The notes beneath the pieces were generated by a model, which had not been told where the DNA came from, did no database searches, and was given only the letters and a program-made list of their open reading frames with translations. Position numbers and translations under genes: made by a program. A stretch of DNA of 34,087 nucleotides from an uncultured Saprospiraceae bacterium (GTDB lineage: Bacteria > Bacteroidota > Bacteroidia > Chitinophagales > Saprospiraceae), in contig CAYNYN010000001.1 in assembly GCA_964401445.1 (NCBI GenBank), positions 1-34,087 on the forward strand, given 5' to 3'. Of the stretch, positions 1 to 8,949 are shown piece by piece. Position 1 is the stretch's first letter; every line of letters starts with the position of its first letter.

Positions 1-800
1 GGCAGCACGCCCAACGTCCAGGCCTCGTCGAACAGCCGCTGCACGGCCGCCTTGCCCACCGGCCCGAGATCTCTCGTAAACTCATTGACGTACAGCCCAA
101 TGTGGCTTTTCATTACCTCGTCGTCCATCTCCTGCGCATGGGCCCGCACGAAGGGCATCGTGGCCTCGGGATGGTCGAAAGCCCACTCCACGCTGCGCCG
201 CATGACGCTGTTGATTTTGGCCTGTACGCCTTTCGGCAAATCGCGCCGCACCATGATGCCGCCCAGCGGGATGGGCATGCCCGTCCGTTGCTCCCAGAAC
301 TCGCCCAGATCGACCACCTTGTGCAGGCCTTTCTGTTGATAGGTGAACCGGTTCTCGTGGATGATCAGACCAAAATCGACGGCGCCCGACAGCACCGCAT
401 CCTCGATCTCGCTGAAGAGATACGCTTTCTTGTTTTGTGCGGCCGGCAGGGCCAGACTGAGCAGAAAGTTGGCGGTGGTGTAGCGTCCCGGGATGGCGAT
501 GGGCCGATCACCCACGTCCTCCATGCGGGCCGGTGCGCGACTGATCAGCAGCGGCCCGCAGTTGTTGCCCAGCGCACTGCCCGCATCGAGCAGCGCGTAG
601 CGGTCCAGACAATACCCCCAGGCATGGTAGCTGAGCTTGGTCACGTGCAAACGCCCCTCGAAAGCCATCAGGTTGAGCGCTTCCACGTCGGCCATGGTCA
701 CATCGAAGGTCAGGCCTTCGGTGTCGATCTTGCCGTGCACCATGGCGTCGAAGATGAAGGTGTCGTTGGGGCAGGGGCTGAAGCCGATAGAGATTTTCAT
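1..800 (-). CDS. mqnD: 1,4-dihydroxy-6-naphthoate synthase (futalosine-route menaquinone synthesis); C-terminus cut by window edge
   Basis: Absent from the ORF track because it runs off the left edge. Minus-strand translation from the ATG (cat at 798-800) gives MKISIGFSPCPNDTFIFDAMVHGKIDTEGLTFDVTMADVEALNLMAFEGRLHVTKLSYHAW...IIHENRFTYQQKGL...EAWTLGVL. It is open for 266 codons down to position 3. The sequence fits my recollection of the MqnD family. Confidence 0.8.
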   Translation of the reverse strand, partial: MKISIGFSPCPNDTFIFDAMVHGKIDTEGLTFDVTMADVEALNLMAFEGRLHVTKLSYHAWGYCLDRYALLDAGSALGNNCGPLLISRAPARMEDVGDRPIAIPGRYTTANFLLSLALPAAQNKKAYLFSEIEDAVLSGAVDFGLIIHENRFTYQQKGLHKVVDLGEFWEQRTGMPIPLGGIMVRRDLPKGVQAKINSVMRRSVEWAFDHPEATMPFVRAHAQEMDDEVMKSHIGLYVNEFTRDLGPVGKAAVQRLFDEAWTLGVL

Positions 801-898
801 ACTTTTGCGGGCTGATTTTGAAAGGCTTTCGCCAAAAAAGGAAGCATGCCGCGGGCTGCTTTTGGCGCAAGCCGCTTCACGAAAACCGATGCGCAAAT

Positions 899-1588
899 AT
901 GGAGCCTTTGCCTGAAGTGATATACGAGGACAATCACCTGCTGGTGGTGAACAAACCGGCGGGCTGGCTGGTACAGGGCGACGAGTCGGGCGACCTGCCG
1001 CTGAGCGAGTGGGCCAAGCAGTACATCAAGGAACGCTACGACAAGCCCGGCGACGTCTTCCTCGGCGTCATCCATCGCCTCGACCGGCCGGTGAGTGGCG
1101 TCGTGGTGTTTGCCCGCACGAGCAAGGCCCTGAGCCGGATGAACAAGCTGTTCCAGGAGCGGAAGATCGAAAAGACCTACTGGGCCGTCACGGCCGAGGT
1201 GCCCGACCCGCTGGAAGGCGAACTGGTGCACTACATCAAGAAAGACCCGCGCCGCAATCGCAGCCATGCCTGGGATCGCCCGCGCGAGGCCGGCGCCAAA
1301 AAGGCCGAGCTGCGCTATCGGCTGCTGGCGCGCGTGGGCCATCACTACCTGCTCGAAGTACGGCCCCTCACGGGCCGCCCTCACCAGATCCGTGCCCAGC
1401 TCGCCAAGATGGGCTGGCCCATCCGCGGCGACGTGAAGTACGGCTTTCCCGAGCCCAACCCCGATGCGTCCATCCACCTGCACTGCCGCGCCCTGGCGTT
1501 CGTCCACCCGGTGCGCAAGGAGCCGGTCAAATTCACTGCGCCCCCACCCGACGAGCAGGTGTGGAACATGTTCCGGCACGTGGAGTGA
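899..1588 (+). CDS. RluA-family pseudouridine synthase
   Basis: ORF 818..1588 opens at a TTG. The first ATG at 899 gives MEPLPEVIYEDNHLLVVNKPAGW. It carries the HRLDRPVSGVVVFARTSKA catalytic-Asp motif and GRPHQIRAQLA. No S4 domain. Start codon choice is uncertain. Confidence 0.85.
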   Translation: MEPLPEVIYEDNHLLVVNKPAGWLVQGDESGDLPLSEWAKQYIKERYDKPGDVFLGVIHRLDRPVSGVVVFARTSKALSRMNKLFQERKIEKTYWAVTAEVPDPLEGELVHYIKKDPRRNRSHAWDRPREAGAKKAELRYRLLARVGHHYLLEVRPLTGRPHQIRAQLAKMGWPIRGDVKYGFPEPNPDASIHLHCRALAFVHPVRKEPVKFTAPPPDEQVWNMFRHVE

Positions 1589-1620
1589 AGGCGACCGCCC
1601 TTACTTACCTGCGCAGGGGT

Positions 1621-2064
1621 TCAGTCCGCCCTGGGCTTGAACTCGAGTTCCTGGGCGAACTCGTCGTTCGGATACTCCTTGTAGTAAAGATACTTGAGCA
1701 CGTCGTGGGTGGTCACCAGCCCTACCAGCTCATGTTCGTCATTCACAATGGGGATACCGTGGAAAAGGTGACGCAGGAAGATGAGGGCCGCTGCGCCTAC
1801 GAGCTCGTTGGGGTGCAGGGTGACCACCTTGCGCGTCATCACCTCGCCTACCTTGATGCGGCTGTAGTCGTCGACCGAAGCTTCGGTCTTCAGCAGATCC
1901 CATGAGGTGATGATCCCTACGAGCTTCTTGTTGGGGCCTTCCACCACGGGCAGGTGATGAAAATGGCGGTCGAACAGCATCTCGCGCACGTCCTTGAGCG
2001 TATGCTCGGGCGTCACGGTGACCACGTTGATGGTCATGATGGAGGAAATCCTTTCGTTCATCAT
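1621..2064 (-). CDS. CBS-domain pair protein
   Basis: ORF 1621..2196. The likely start is the MM pair at 2064/2061 (MMNERISSIMTINVVTVTPEHTLKDV...). Two CBS-like repeats are present (HHLPVVEG.., HGIPIVNDEHELVGLVTTHDVL). Sequence upstream of the MM pair looks non-coding. Confidence 0.75.
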   Translation of the reverse strand: MMNERISSIMTINVVTVTPEHTLKDVREMLFDRHFHHLPVVEGPNKKLVGIITSWDLLKTEASVDDYSRIKVGEVMTRKVVTLHPNELVGAAALIFLRHLFHGIPIVNDEHELVGLVTTHDVLKYLYYKEYPNDEFAQELEFKPRAD

Positions 2065-2286
2065 AGGCGGGGCATTTTGGAAGGTGTCTGGATGGCAGCA
2101 AGGCCGTGGTCGTATGTTGCTCCAAATTAGCCCTTTTCCCCGAAACAGGAAAGTGCGCAAAGTCATTTGCCGAGGCGATTTTTCCCCGGATTGCAAAAAA
2201 TCAGCGGCTCGTACGGAATAGAAACCTCCCGCTTATCTTTACGCCGCTTTTGAAAACACCCTTCCTGATCAAGTAAAACTTGCACA

Positions 2287-3402
2287 ATGATTATTGGTGT
2301 ACCAAAGGAAATCAAGCCCAACGAGAACCGCGTCGCCCTGACGCCTGCCGGCGCACTGGAGCTGACCAAGCGCGGCCACAAGGTGTACGTACAGACCCGC
2401 GCCGGTGTGGGCAGCGGCTTCACCGACGAAGACTACGAAGCCCACGGCGCAGAAATCCTGCCCAACATCGAGGAAGTGTATGACGTGGCCGAGATGATCA
2501 TCAAGGTCAAGGAACCCATCGAGCCGGAATACCCTTTGATCAAGGAAAACCAGCTGCTCTTCACGTACTTCCATTTTGCCAGCTACGAGCCCCTCACCCG
2601 CGCCATGATCGAGCGCAAGGCCGTGTGCCTGGCCTACGAAACGGTGGAGCTGCCCGATCGCACGCTGCCGCTGCTGGTGCCCATGTCGGAAGTGGCGGGC
2701 CGCATGGCCATTCAGGAAGGCGCAAAATATCTGGAGAAGCCGATGGGTGGCCTCGGCATCCTGCTCGGCGGTGTGCCTGGCGTGCCCCCTGCCAAGGTGC
2801 TGATCCTGGGTGGCGGCGTGGTAGGCACCCAAGCCGCTAAAATGGCTGCCGGCCTGGGCGCACAGGTGACCATCCTCGACATCAACCTGGCACGCCTGCG
2901 CTACCTGGCCGACATCATGCCGGCCAACGTGACGACCGTGTATTCGAACGAATACAACATCCGCCGACTCATCACCAACCACGACCTCATCATCGGTGCC
3001 GTGCTCATCCCGGGTGCCAAGGCGCCCAAGCTCATCACGCGCGACATGCTCAAGGAAATGCGGCCGGGCACCGTGCTGGTCGATGTGGCCGTTGATCAGG
3101 GTGGCTGTATCGAAACCTGCAAGCCCACTACCCACGCCAACCCGACCTTCGTCATCGACGACATCGTGCATTACTGCGTGGCCAACATGCCCGGCGCCGT
3201 GCCCTACACCTCGACCATCGCCCTGACCAATGCCACGCAGCCCTATGCCGTCAAACTGGCTGAACTGGGCTGGGAAGAGGCCTGCCGCCGCGATCCCGCT
3301 CTGCGCAAAGGCCTCAACGTGGTGCAGGGCAAGGTGGTGCACCCCGGCGTGGCCGAAGCCTTTGGCCTCGAATACGTGCCCGTGGAAAATGTCCTCGATT
3401 GA
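2287..3402 (+). CDS. ald: alanine dehydrogenase
   Basis: 371 aa. MIIGVPKEIKPNENRVALTPAG...KVKEP...FTYFHFA...GGGVVGTQAAKMAAGLGAQVTILD is a full-length match to the L-alanine dehydrogenase family, including the Rossmann GxGxxG motif. Confidence 0.95.
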   Translation: MIIGVPKEIKPNENRVALTPAGALELTKRGHKVYVQTRAGVGSGFTDEDYEAHGAEILPNIEEVYDVAEMIIKVKEPIEPEYPLIKENQLLFTYFHFASYEPLTRAMIERKAVCLAYETVELPDRTLPLLVPMSEVAGRMAIQEGAKYLEKPMGGLGILLGGVPGVPPAKVLILGGGVVGTQAAKMAAGLGAQVTILDINLARLRYLADIMPANVTTVYSNEYNIRRLITNHDLIIGAVLIPGAKAPKLITRDMLKEMRPGTVLVDVAVDQGGCIETCKPTTHANPTFVIDDIVHYCVANMPGAVPYTSTIALTNATQPYAVKLAELGWEEACRRDPALRKGLNVVQGKVVHPGVAEAFGLEYVPVENVLD

Positions 3403-3440
3403 TCATATCCCGCCTTTGCGCGGCTATCGGATATCACAAA

Positions 3441-3473
3441 GCCCGACCGAATGCGTTTCGGTCGGGCTTTTTC
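3441..3473 (+). terminator. intrinsic terminator of ald
   Basis: 11-bp perfect stem gcccgaccgaa / ttcggtcgggc (3441-3451 / 3457-3467), 5-nt loop, then TTTTT. Confidence 0.8.
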
Positions 3474-3694
3474 GATGAGGATTTGCCCACGTCGCCATCA
3501 CAAAATTTTCACAACACCTAACACCTAAGCACTGAATTACAAAAGATTAGACAAAAACAAGAGGCAATTTTCTTTTCATTTTGCACACACAATGTCCTTG
3601 TAGCCCCAAAGCAACCGATTCATATTTGTACCGTGATTGAAAGGCAAACGAGGCGGCAAGGAACGGCGGATCAAAGGATCGGCCATCGGAATTT

Positions 3695-3767
3695 GAAAAT
3701 GTTCATGGGATTATAATTTGTTAATAGGACGCCGTCCCGTTCACCCTCATGCGGGACGGCTTCTTTT
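3695..3767 (+). ncRNA. candidate small-RNA or promoter-terminator module 1 (conserved 28-nt box plus intrinsic terminator)
   Basis: Box gaaaatgttcatgggattataatttgtt at 3695-3722 is identical to 3789-3816. It is followed by a 9-bp stem gccgtcccg / cgggacggc (3731-3739 / 3752-3760) and ttctttt. No credible ORF. Confidence 0.35.
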
Positions 3768-3788
3768 GGCAAACGGCCCACAGCTACC

Positions 3789-3856
3789 GAAAATGTTCAT
3801 GGGATTATAATTTGTTGGTAGGTAAGGGCCCCCGAAAGGGGGCACTTTACTTTTTT
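3789..3856 (+). ncRNA. candidate small-RNA or promoter-terminator module 2
   Basis: The same 28-nt box sits at 3789-3816. It is followed by an unrelated GC hairpin gccccc-gaaa-gggggc (3828-3843) and actttacTTTTTT. Confidence 0.35.
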
Positions 3857-3879
3857 CGACAAAATCCCGGATACCAAAT

Positions 3880-3906
3880 AAAAAAGGCCGGCAAAAGCTG
3901 CCAGCC
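3880..3906 (-). terminator. possible minus-strand intrinsic terminator
   Basis: A run of A on the plus strand (3880-3885) is followed by hairpin ggccggca-aaagc-tgccagcc. On the minus strand this reads as hairpin plus TTTTTT. A perfect TATATTTG -7 box lies on the minus strand at 3980-3973, so a minus-strand transcript of about 85 nt is possible. Confidence 0.3.
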
Positions 3907-3907
3907 C

Positions 3908-4092
3908 GAAAATGCACATGGGATTAAACTTGTTATTGCTCAGTTCATGGGATGCGTGTGATCGAACGAAGGCAAATATACACACGTATTCAAAACTTCG
4001 CAATATTTCAACCGGATTTGAATCAAGATTTTCGTTTTTGGATATGTTCAAGGGATTTACATGGAGCCGCACGCAGGTGCGGCTTTTTTTTT
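3908..4092 (+). ncRNA. candidate small-RNA module 3 (degenerate box copies, strong terminator)
   Basis: Box variant gaaaatgcacatgggattaaacttgtt at 3908-3934. A partial copy gttcatggga at 3943-3952. A variant atgttcaagggatttacatgg at 4044-4064. The module ends in hairpin gccgcac-gcag-gtgcggc (4066-4083) plus nine T. Confidence 0.3.
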
Positions 4093-4164
4093 GCTCCTGA
4101 GGCGGAACGGCACGCTGCTTCAAAACAAATGATACGACTGCCCATCATGGCCATTTACCCCGTC

Positions 4165-4203
4165 GCCGGCTGCGATCTTCAGCCATCCGGAAGCCGGTTT
4201 TTT
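4165..4203 (+). terminator. possible intrinsic terminator
   Basis: ccggct ... agccgg outer stem (with alternative ggctg/cagcc pairing), followed by TTTTTT at 4198-4203. Confidence 0.4.
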
Positions 4204-4285
4204 GAAATGAGGAAAAACGGCAAGGGGCACGGAAAAACCCACTCAGCCTGACTCACCGAGCCCATAACGGGCAAGTCGATGCGGA

Positions 4286-4320
4286 AAGAAAAAACGTCCG
4301 CCCCCTTTCGGGGACAGACG
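4286..4320 (-). terminator. intrinsic terminator of the HtrA-like gene
   Basis: Minus strand reads cgtctgtccccgaaagggggcggacg followed by TTTTTTC, about 110 nt after the stop at 4428. Confidence 0.7.
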
Positions 4321-4427
4321 CATCAAAACAAAACGAAAAACCAACTTTAAACAAGTCTCTTTGCCTCAAGAAACCAAAGGAAGGCGTCGAATGTTGCAGG
4401 ACAAATTGTTAAGAAATTCTTAAAAAT

Positions 4428-5579
4428 CTATTCGATACCTCTCAAGGCTACAGCAATTTGGAGCTTTTTTCCATGCCTGTCAAGGGTGAGGTGTAAAGTT
4501 TGTCCGATTCGTGCCCTGCCGATGTACTCCAACAGGGCAGGCGCGGACAATACGGGGTGCCCGTCCACTTCCAGGATCACGTCGTTGAGCTGTATGCCGG
4601 CATCTTCGGCGGCACTCCCCGGCACGACGCCCGTCACCACTACGCCGCGCGTGCGGTCCAACCCCAACCTTTCGGCCAGCTCGTCGTCCAGCTCCGTGAT
4701 ATTGACGCCGAGGAATCCGCGCTGATAGCTGCCATAGGCGATGATGTCATCGGCAATCTTCCGTGCGAGGTTGACGGGGATGGCAAAGGAATATCCCTCG
4801 TAGAAGCCCGTACTCGTGGCAATGGCCGTGTTGATGCCCAACAATCGTCCTTCCACGTCTACGAGTGCCCCGCCCGAGTTGCCCGGATTGACTACGGCAT
4901 CGGTCTGGATGAATGACTCGATGGCATAGTTGTCCTGGATGATGTCGATGTCGCGCCCCTTGGCACTGATGATGCCCGCCGTTACCGTGGCACCCAGCTC
5001 GAGCGGATTGCCCACTGCAAGCACCCAGGCCCCCACCCTTGCTTCATCCGAATCGGCCAGTGGCAAGACGGGCAGGTCCACGGCATCGATTTTCAGCACC
5101 GCCAGATCGGCAGGCGCGTAAGTACCCACCACCTCTGCCGGGAAAGAGCGGTTGTCCTGCAACGTCACCCAGACCTCTTCTGCGCCCTCGACGACGTGGT
5201 TGTTGGTCAGCACGAAGCCGTCGGAACGGTAGATCACGCCGGACCCTTTCCCTTCCTGAAGTCCCCAGAACGGATTGCGAAACCAATCGAAGATCCCACC
5301 CCTTTCATCGGCGCCTTGATGGCCGTACCGCGTGGTGATGGACACCACCACGGGCAGGGCACGCGCTGCGGCAACGGAAAAATCGCACAGGCCTTCGTCA
5401 GCCAGAGCAGGCGGCACGTTGATACGCATGGCCACGGGGCGGGCTGGTCCGGGGGGCGCATTCGAGGCTCGGCAGGGGACCGAATCGGGCTGAAGGTGCA
5501 GCCCCGACATCCATGCTGCCATCAAAACAACCACCCCCCCGAACATGCCGGCAAGGAAGCTCTTCACCGTGTTTTTCAT
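4428..5579 (-). CDS. HtrA/DegP-family serine endoprotease with C-terminal PDZ domain
   Basis: ORF 4428..5615; probable start MKNTVKSFLAGMFGGVVVLMAAW at 5579 (membrane anchor). Catalytic triad contexts TNNHVV, DLAVLKI and GNSGGALVD are present. PDZ-like tail GVVVTGVVPGSAAEDAGIQLNDVILEVDG. Confidence 0.9.
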   Translation of the reverse strand: MKNTVKSFLAGMFGGVVVLMAAWMSGLHLQPDSVPCRASNAPPGPARPVAMRINVPPALADEGLCDFSVAAARALPVVVSITTRYGHQGADERGGIFDWFRNPFWGLQEGKGSGVIYRSDGFVLTNNHVVEGAEEVWVTLQDNRSFPAEVVGTYAPADLAVLKIDAVDLPVLPLADSDEARVGAWVLAVGNPLELGATVTAGIISAKGRDIDIIQDNYAIESFIQTDAVVNPGNSGGALVDVEGRLLGINTAIATSTGFYEGYSFAIPVNLARKIADDIIAYGSYQRGFLGVNITELDDELAERLGLDRTRGVVVTGVVPGSAAEDAGIQLNDVILEVDGHPVLSAPALLEYIGRARIGQTLHLTLDRHGKKLQIAVALRGIE

Positions 5580-5893
5580 GAAGCAAACCGTTTCAATTCT
5601 GGAATCGATGTGCAATTATTATTTCAATCAGGGAAAAAGTCCAAATCCTCCCCCCTGTTCACTTGACACATAAAGCGAAATCCGGTTAGCTTGAGCGAAG
5701 CCAAGCGCTTCACACCATCCCCTCGAAGCGCAAACACCATTTAACGGCACATTGACGCTGCCCCTTTTCCTGATCACTCACCCTTGCGCGCCAGCGCTCA
5801 TCCTGTTGTCATTGTTGCAGGGTACGGTTCAATTTTTTTGTTAACTTGCAGGTCGCAATCCTACCTGAAGCGCCCTGCACCAACCCTGGTGCC

Positions 5894-6583
5894 ATGAGCC
5901 ACGCGCAATCCACTGCCTCGGTCCTGAATCCAATAAAACCAAACCCCAAACCCGTGGTGCCCCACCAACCACATTGCGCCTCTACCCCCGTGGAATCACT
6001 GGATCTTCATGCCCTGATCCGACCGGAGACCCCATTCGAAGAACGGCTGCTGCACCTGCCCGCCATTCGCCGTGGATTGAAATGGGGCCAGCCGCGCTTC
6101 GGCCATCCCGAAGGCAAGGTAGGCCTGCACGTGCGCGAAGTGCTGGACAACCTCGACAGGATGGATCTGTGCCCTGACACGCGTGCCTTGCTGCGCATCG
6201 TGGCCATCGTGCACGACGCCTTCAAATGGCAGGAACCCCGCACCGTGCCGCGTGACTGGAACCACCACCACGGCAGGCTGGCCCGCCGTTTCCTCGAACC
6301 GCTCCTCGACGATCGCATGGTGCTGGACCTCGTGGAATGGCACGACGAGGGCTGGTACATCTGGCGCTACCTCTTCGTCGAAGAGAAACCCTGGGTCGCA
6401 CAACACCGCCTCGATGCCCTCATCCGCCGCTTTGGCGCGCAAATTCAGACATACTATCTCTTTTTCAAGGCGGACACCTGCACGGGCGACAAGTTGCGCA
6501 GTCCGCTGGAATGGTTCGAACAGGCCATCCCCGGCCTGCGCATCGTCACCCTGCCGGGCGCCGACGTGCGCCAGCGCGTCTGA
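5894..6583 (+). CDS. HD-superfamily-like hypothetical protein
   Basis: ORF 5846..6583 opens at a TTG; first ATG at 5894 (MSHAQSTASV...). A His (GHPEGKVGLHVREV) followed by IVAIVHDAFKW resembles the H...HD metal-binding signature. Function unknown. Confidence 0.55.
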   Translation: MSHAQSTASVLNPIKPNPKPVVPHQPHCASTPVESLDLHALIRPETPFEERLLHLPAIRRGLKWGQPRFGHPEGKVGLHVREVLDNLDRMDLCPDTRALLRIVAIVHDAFKWQEPRTVPRDWNHHHGRLARRFLEPLLDDRMVLDLVEWHDEGWYIWRYLFVEEKPWVAQHRLDALIRRFGAQIQTYYLFFKADTCTGDKLRSPLEWFEQAIPGLRIVTLPGADVRQRV

Positions 6584-6608
6584 GGGGAAAAAGAAACCAC
6601 CGCCTTTT

Positions 6609-6645
6609 GCCTTGGCAGGTACACCATGCCTGCCAGGGCATTTTT
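6609..6645 (+). terminator. intrinsic terminator
   Basis: gccttggcagg / cctgccagggc stem (one G-U pair) followed by TTTTT at 6641-6645, 26 nt after the stop at 6583. Confidence 0.6.
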
Positions 6646-6789
6646 GCGTGCTGCTGTTACCATTGCTTTTTCCATTCGTTCTGGCATCACAGATGCAACC
6701 CCGGGACATTTCGGATGTCGTCATTAGTGACGCTTCCCCCCGACACCGGATTGCGCACCCATCATTTCCACACCCAAATCCTCTGACTC

Positions 6790-7413
6790 ATGAAACAGAC
6801 CATCTTACTCCTGTCGCTCGCAACCCTCCTCTCCATCCCTGCCCTGGGCCAACGCGACGAGACGCTGTTCAGCAAGGCAGGACGCGGCGGACTCTTCGGC
6901 AGCCCCATCACCGAATACTTCAACTTTCCGGAAGGACCAGGCACCTCGACGGGTGGGGGCGGGGCCCTCATCGCAGGCGACTTTTTCTTTGGCGGCTACG
7001 GGCTGGTCAGCGTGGACTATGCCACACGCCTCTTCGAAAACCAGTTCCGCACGCTCGACATCAGCCATGCCGGCCTTTGGGTGGGGTATACGCCTCTGTT
7101 ACACAAGGTGGTCCATCCTTTCCTTTCGGTAAAAGCCGGATGGGGCGAGGTGCGAGCCATCCCGACGGACAGCCCGCCTGCAGGCCCCGCCTTCACCGAT
7201 CGCATTTTTGTGGTGACGCCCGAAGCTGGCATCGAGCTGAACGTGTTTCGCTGGTTTCGCATCGCCGGCACGCTCAGCTGGCGTCAGGTACAGGACCTCG
7301 ACGCCACGCCGCTCCTGGGCGAGGACGACCTTTCGGGCCTGGCCGGCACGCTCACCCTGCGCTTCGGATTCTTTGGCCGCAACAAAAATGGGCGCAGCTG
7401 CCGCGCGGACTGA
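6790..7413 (+). CDS. small secreted protein, probable outer-membrane beta-barrel
   Basis: Signal peptide MKQTILLLSLATLLSIPALGQ. Gly/aromatic-rich alternating segments. C-terminal beta-signal-like TLTLRFGFF. Confidence 0.6.
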   Translation: MKQTILLLSLATLLSIPALGQRDETLFSKAGRGGLFGSPITEYFNFPEGPGTSTGGGGALIAGDFFFGGYGLVSVDYATRLFENQFRTLDISHAGLWVGYTPLLHKVVHPFLSVKAGWGEVRAIPTDSPPAGPAFTDRIFVVTPEAGIELNVFRWFRIAGTLSWRQVQDLDATPLLGEDDLSGLAGTLTLRFGFFGRNKNGRSCRAD

Positions 7414-7460
7414 TCCCCCGGCGATGGTACTGCAAGAACAACGTTCATACGAATCCAATC

Positions 7461-7490
7461 GAAAAAGGCCGGCACCGAGCCGGCCTTTTC
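7461..7490. terminator. bidirectional intrinsic terminator between convergent genes
   Basis: aaaaa-ggccggc-accga-gccggcc-tttt lies between the plus gene ending at 7413 and the minus gene ending at 7549. Confidence 0.7.
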
Positions 7491-7548
7491 CTTTTGCCGA
7501 AAGGCGCCACTCCAGCGGTCCGGACATGTCCACCCTTCCGGCAGATGG

Positions 7549-8949
7549 TCAACCCGCAAGCGCCTCCGACCGGATGGCTTCTACCTCTGCGATGGTCTTC
7601 GGTATGGGCTTGCCCAGCACGCGATGGCCCGAGTCCGTCACGAGCACATTGTCTTCGATGCGCACACCCGAGAAATCGAGCCACTGCTCCACTTTGGCAT
7701 AATCGATGAACGCGGCATGGCGCTTTTCCCGGGCCCAGAGCGAGATCAGCTCGGGGATGAAATAGATGCCGGGCTCCACCGTCAGCACGAAGCCGGGCTC
7801 GAGCCGGCGGCCCAGCCGCAGGTAGGCCGTACCGAACTGGTCGGACCGCTTGATTTCGTCGTCGTAGCCGACGTAGTCTTCGCCCAGCCCTTCCATGTCG
7901 TGCACGTCGAGGCCGATCATGTGGCCGAGGCCATGGGGGAAGAAGAGGGCATGTGCGCCGGCAGCCACGGCTTCGTCCACATCGCCCTGCATCAGCCCCA
8001 GCGCTTTGAGCCCCTCTGCGATGATGCGCGCAGCAAACAGGTGGATGTCGCGGTAAGGCACTCCGGGCTTTACCTGTTCGATGGCCCGTACCTCGGCATC
8101 GAGCACGATCTGGTAGATGTCGCGCTGACGGGCATCGAATTTGGCACTGACGGGAAAAGTACGGGTGATGTCGCCGGCATAGTGCCGCCAGGTCTCGGCG
8201 CCAAAATCGCCCAGCACGAGCTGCCCTTCTTTCAGGACGTTGTGGTGGTGATGGTTGTGCAGGGTCTGCCCCTGGGTGGTCAGGATGACGGGATAGGCGA
8301 TCTCCCCTTCGGCGGCGATGGCGATGCCGCGGGCCACACCCGTCAGCTGGGCCTCCTTCATGCCTGGCCGGGCCGCCCGCATCACGGCAAGGTGCATCTC
8401 GCCGGTGATAGCCAGCGCGCGTTCCATCTCGGCCACCTCTTCGGGCCCCTTGTGCGCGCGCTGGTCCACCACGGCACGGATCAGCTCGGTGGAAGCGTGG
8501 GCCGGGACCTCATCGAGCGGCAAGCCGAGCCACCGATGCAGATCGAGTACCGTGTCGGCCCGATACGGCGGCAGGAAATGGATTTTTCTGGAAGATGCGC
8601 GCGCTTTTTCCAGGAAGGACGCCAGATCGGCAAGCGGTGCACTGTGCTCGATGCCGCTTCGGGCAGCCAGCTCGGCTACCGAAGGCTGGGGGCCTGTCCA
8701 TACGATGTCTTCGATGGAAAAATCATCGCCAAACAGCCAGCTCTCGCCTGCATCCAGATCTACCAGCGCCACCAGCCCCGGCCGATCGATGCCGAAGTAA
8801 TAAAGGAAAGAGCTGTCCTGCCGGAAATGGTAGGGGTTGGCCGCATAGTTCATACCCACCTCTCCGTTGCCCGGAAAGAGCGCCACGCCATGCTCCAGTC
8901 GCTCCGTCAGCCCCTTCCGTCGTGCGACATAAACCTGAGAATCAAACAT
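7549..8949 (-). CDS. pepP: Xaa-Pro aminopeptidase (peptidase M24B)
   Basis: 466 aa. N-terminal creatinase/AMP_N-like region NPYHFRQDSSFLYYFG. M24 metal ligand contexts GDFGAE..YAGDITRTFP, HGLGHMIGLDVHD, TVEPGIY and VRIEDN. Confidence 0.9.
   Translation of the reverse strand: MFDSQVYVARRKGLTERLEHGVALFPGNGEVGMNYAANPYHFRQDSSFLYYFGIDRPGLVALVDLDAGESWLFGDDFSIEDIVWTGPQPSVAELAARSGIEHSAPLADLASFLEKARASSRKIHFLPPYRADTVLDLHRWLGLPLDEVPAHASTELIRAVVDQRAHKGPEEVAEMERALAITGEMHLAVMRAARPGMKEAQLTGVARGIAIAAEGEIAYPVILTTQGQTLHNHHHHNVLKEGQLVLGDFGAETWRHYAGDITRTFPVSAKFDARQRDIYQIVLDAEVRAIEQVKPGVPYRDIHLFAARIIAEGLKALGLMQGDVDEAVAAGAHALFFPHGLGHMIGLDVHDMEGLGEDYVGYDDEIKRSDQFGTAYLRLGRRLEPGFVLTVEPGIYFIPELISLWAREKRHAAFIDYAKVEQWLDFSGVRIEDNVLVTDSGHRVLGKPIPKTIAEVEAIRSEALAG

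Noticed and set aside
3699-3716. Mini-ORF ATG TTC ATG GGA TTA TAA (MFMGL) inside both perfect box copies, as a possible leader peptide.
   Set aside because: It is only five codons, there is no downstream gene on that strand to regulate, and the third copy reads through into an unrelated 62-aa frame.
3797-3919. 40-aa hydrophobic minus-strand mini-ORF (MCIFGLAAFAGLFYLVSGILSKKVKC...) that looks like a type I toxin, with possible plus-strand antisense RNAs.
   Set aside because: The hydrophobic stretch is encoded by an A-run plus hairpin that reads equally well as a terminator. The paralogous box copies give only 11-aa and 17-aa peptides (MNIFKFRWPIL, MNIFGSCGPFAKRSRPA), with no similarity beyond the first four residues. 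Conservation is therefore at the nucleotide level, not the peptide level. It is kept only as an alternative reading under the tandem-box finding.
3480-4430. Checked the gene desert for tRNA, SRP RNA, 6S RNA, tmRNA, CRISPR repeats or a known riboswitch.
   Set aside because: No cloverleaf-compatible segments. No long closing stem between the 5' and 3' ends (as 6S would need). The repeats have irregular spacing (94 and 119 bp) with terminators between them, so this is not a CRISPR array. No downstream plus-strand gene exists for a riboswitch. I cannot run covariance models, so unknown Rfam families are not excluded.
6183-7709. 508-aa plus-strand ORF spanning the HD-like gene 3' end, an intergenic terminator, the small OM-barrel gene and the pepP 3' end.
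   Set aside because: It crosses two terminators and overlaps three better-supported genes. Its composition is Pro/Arg-rich noise.
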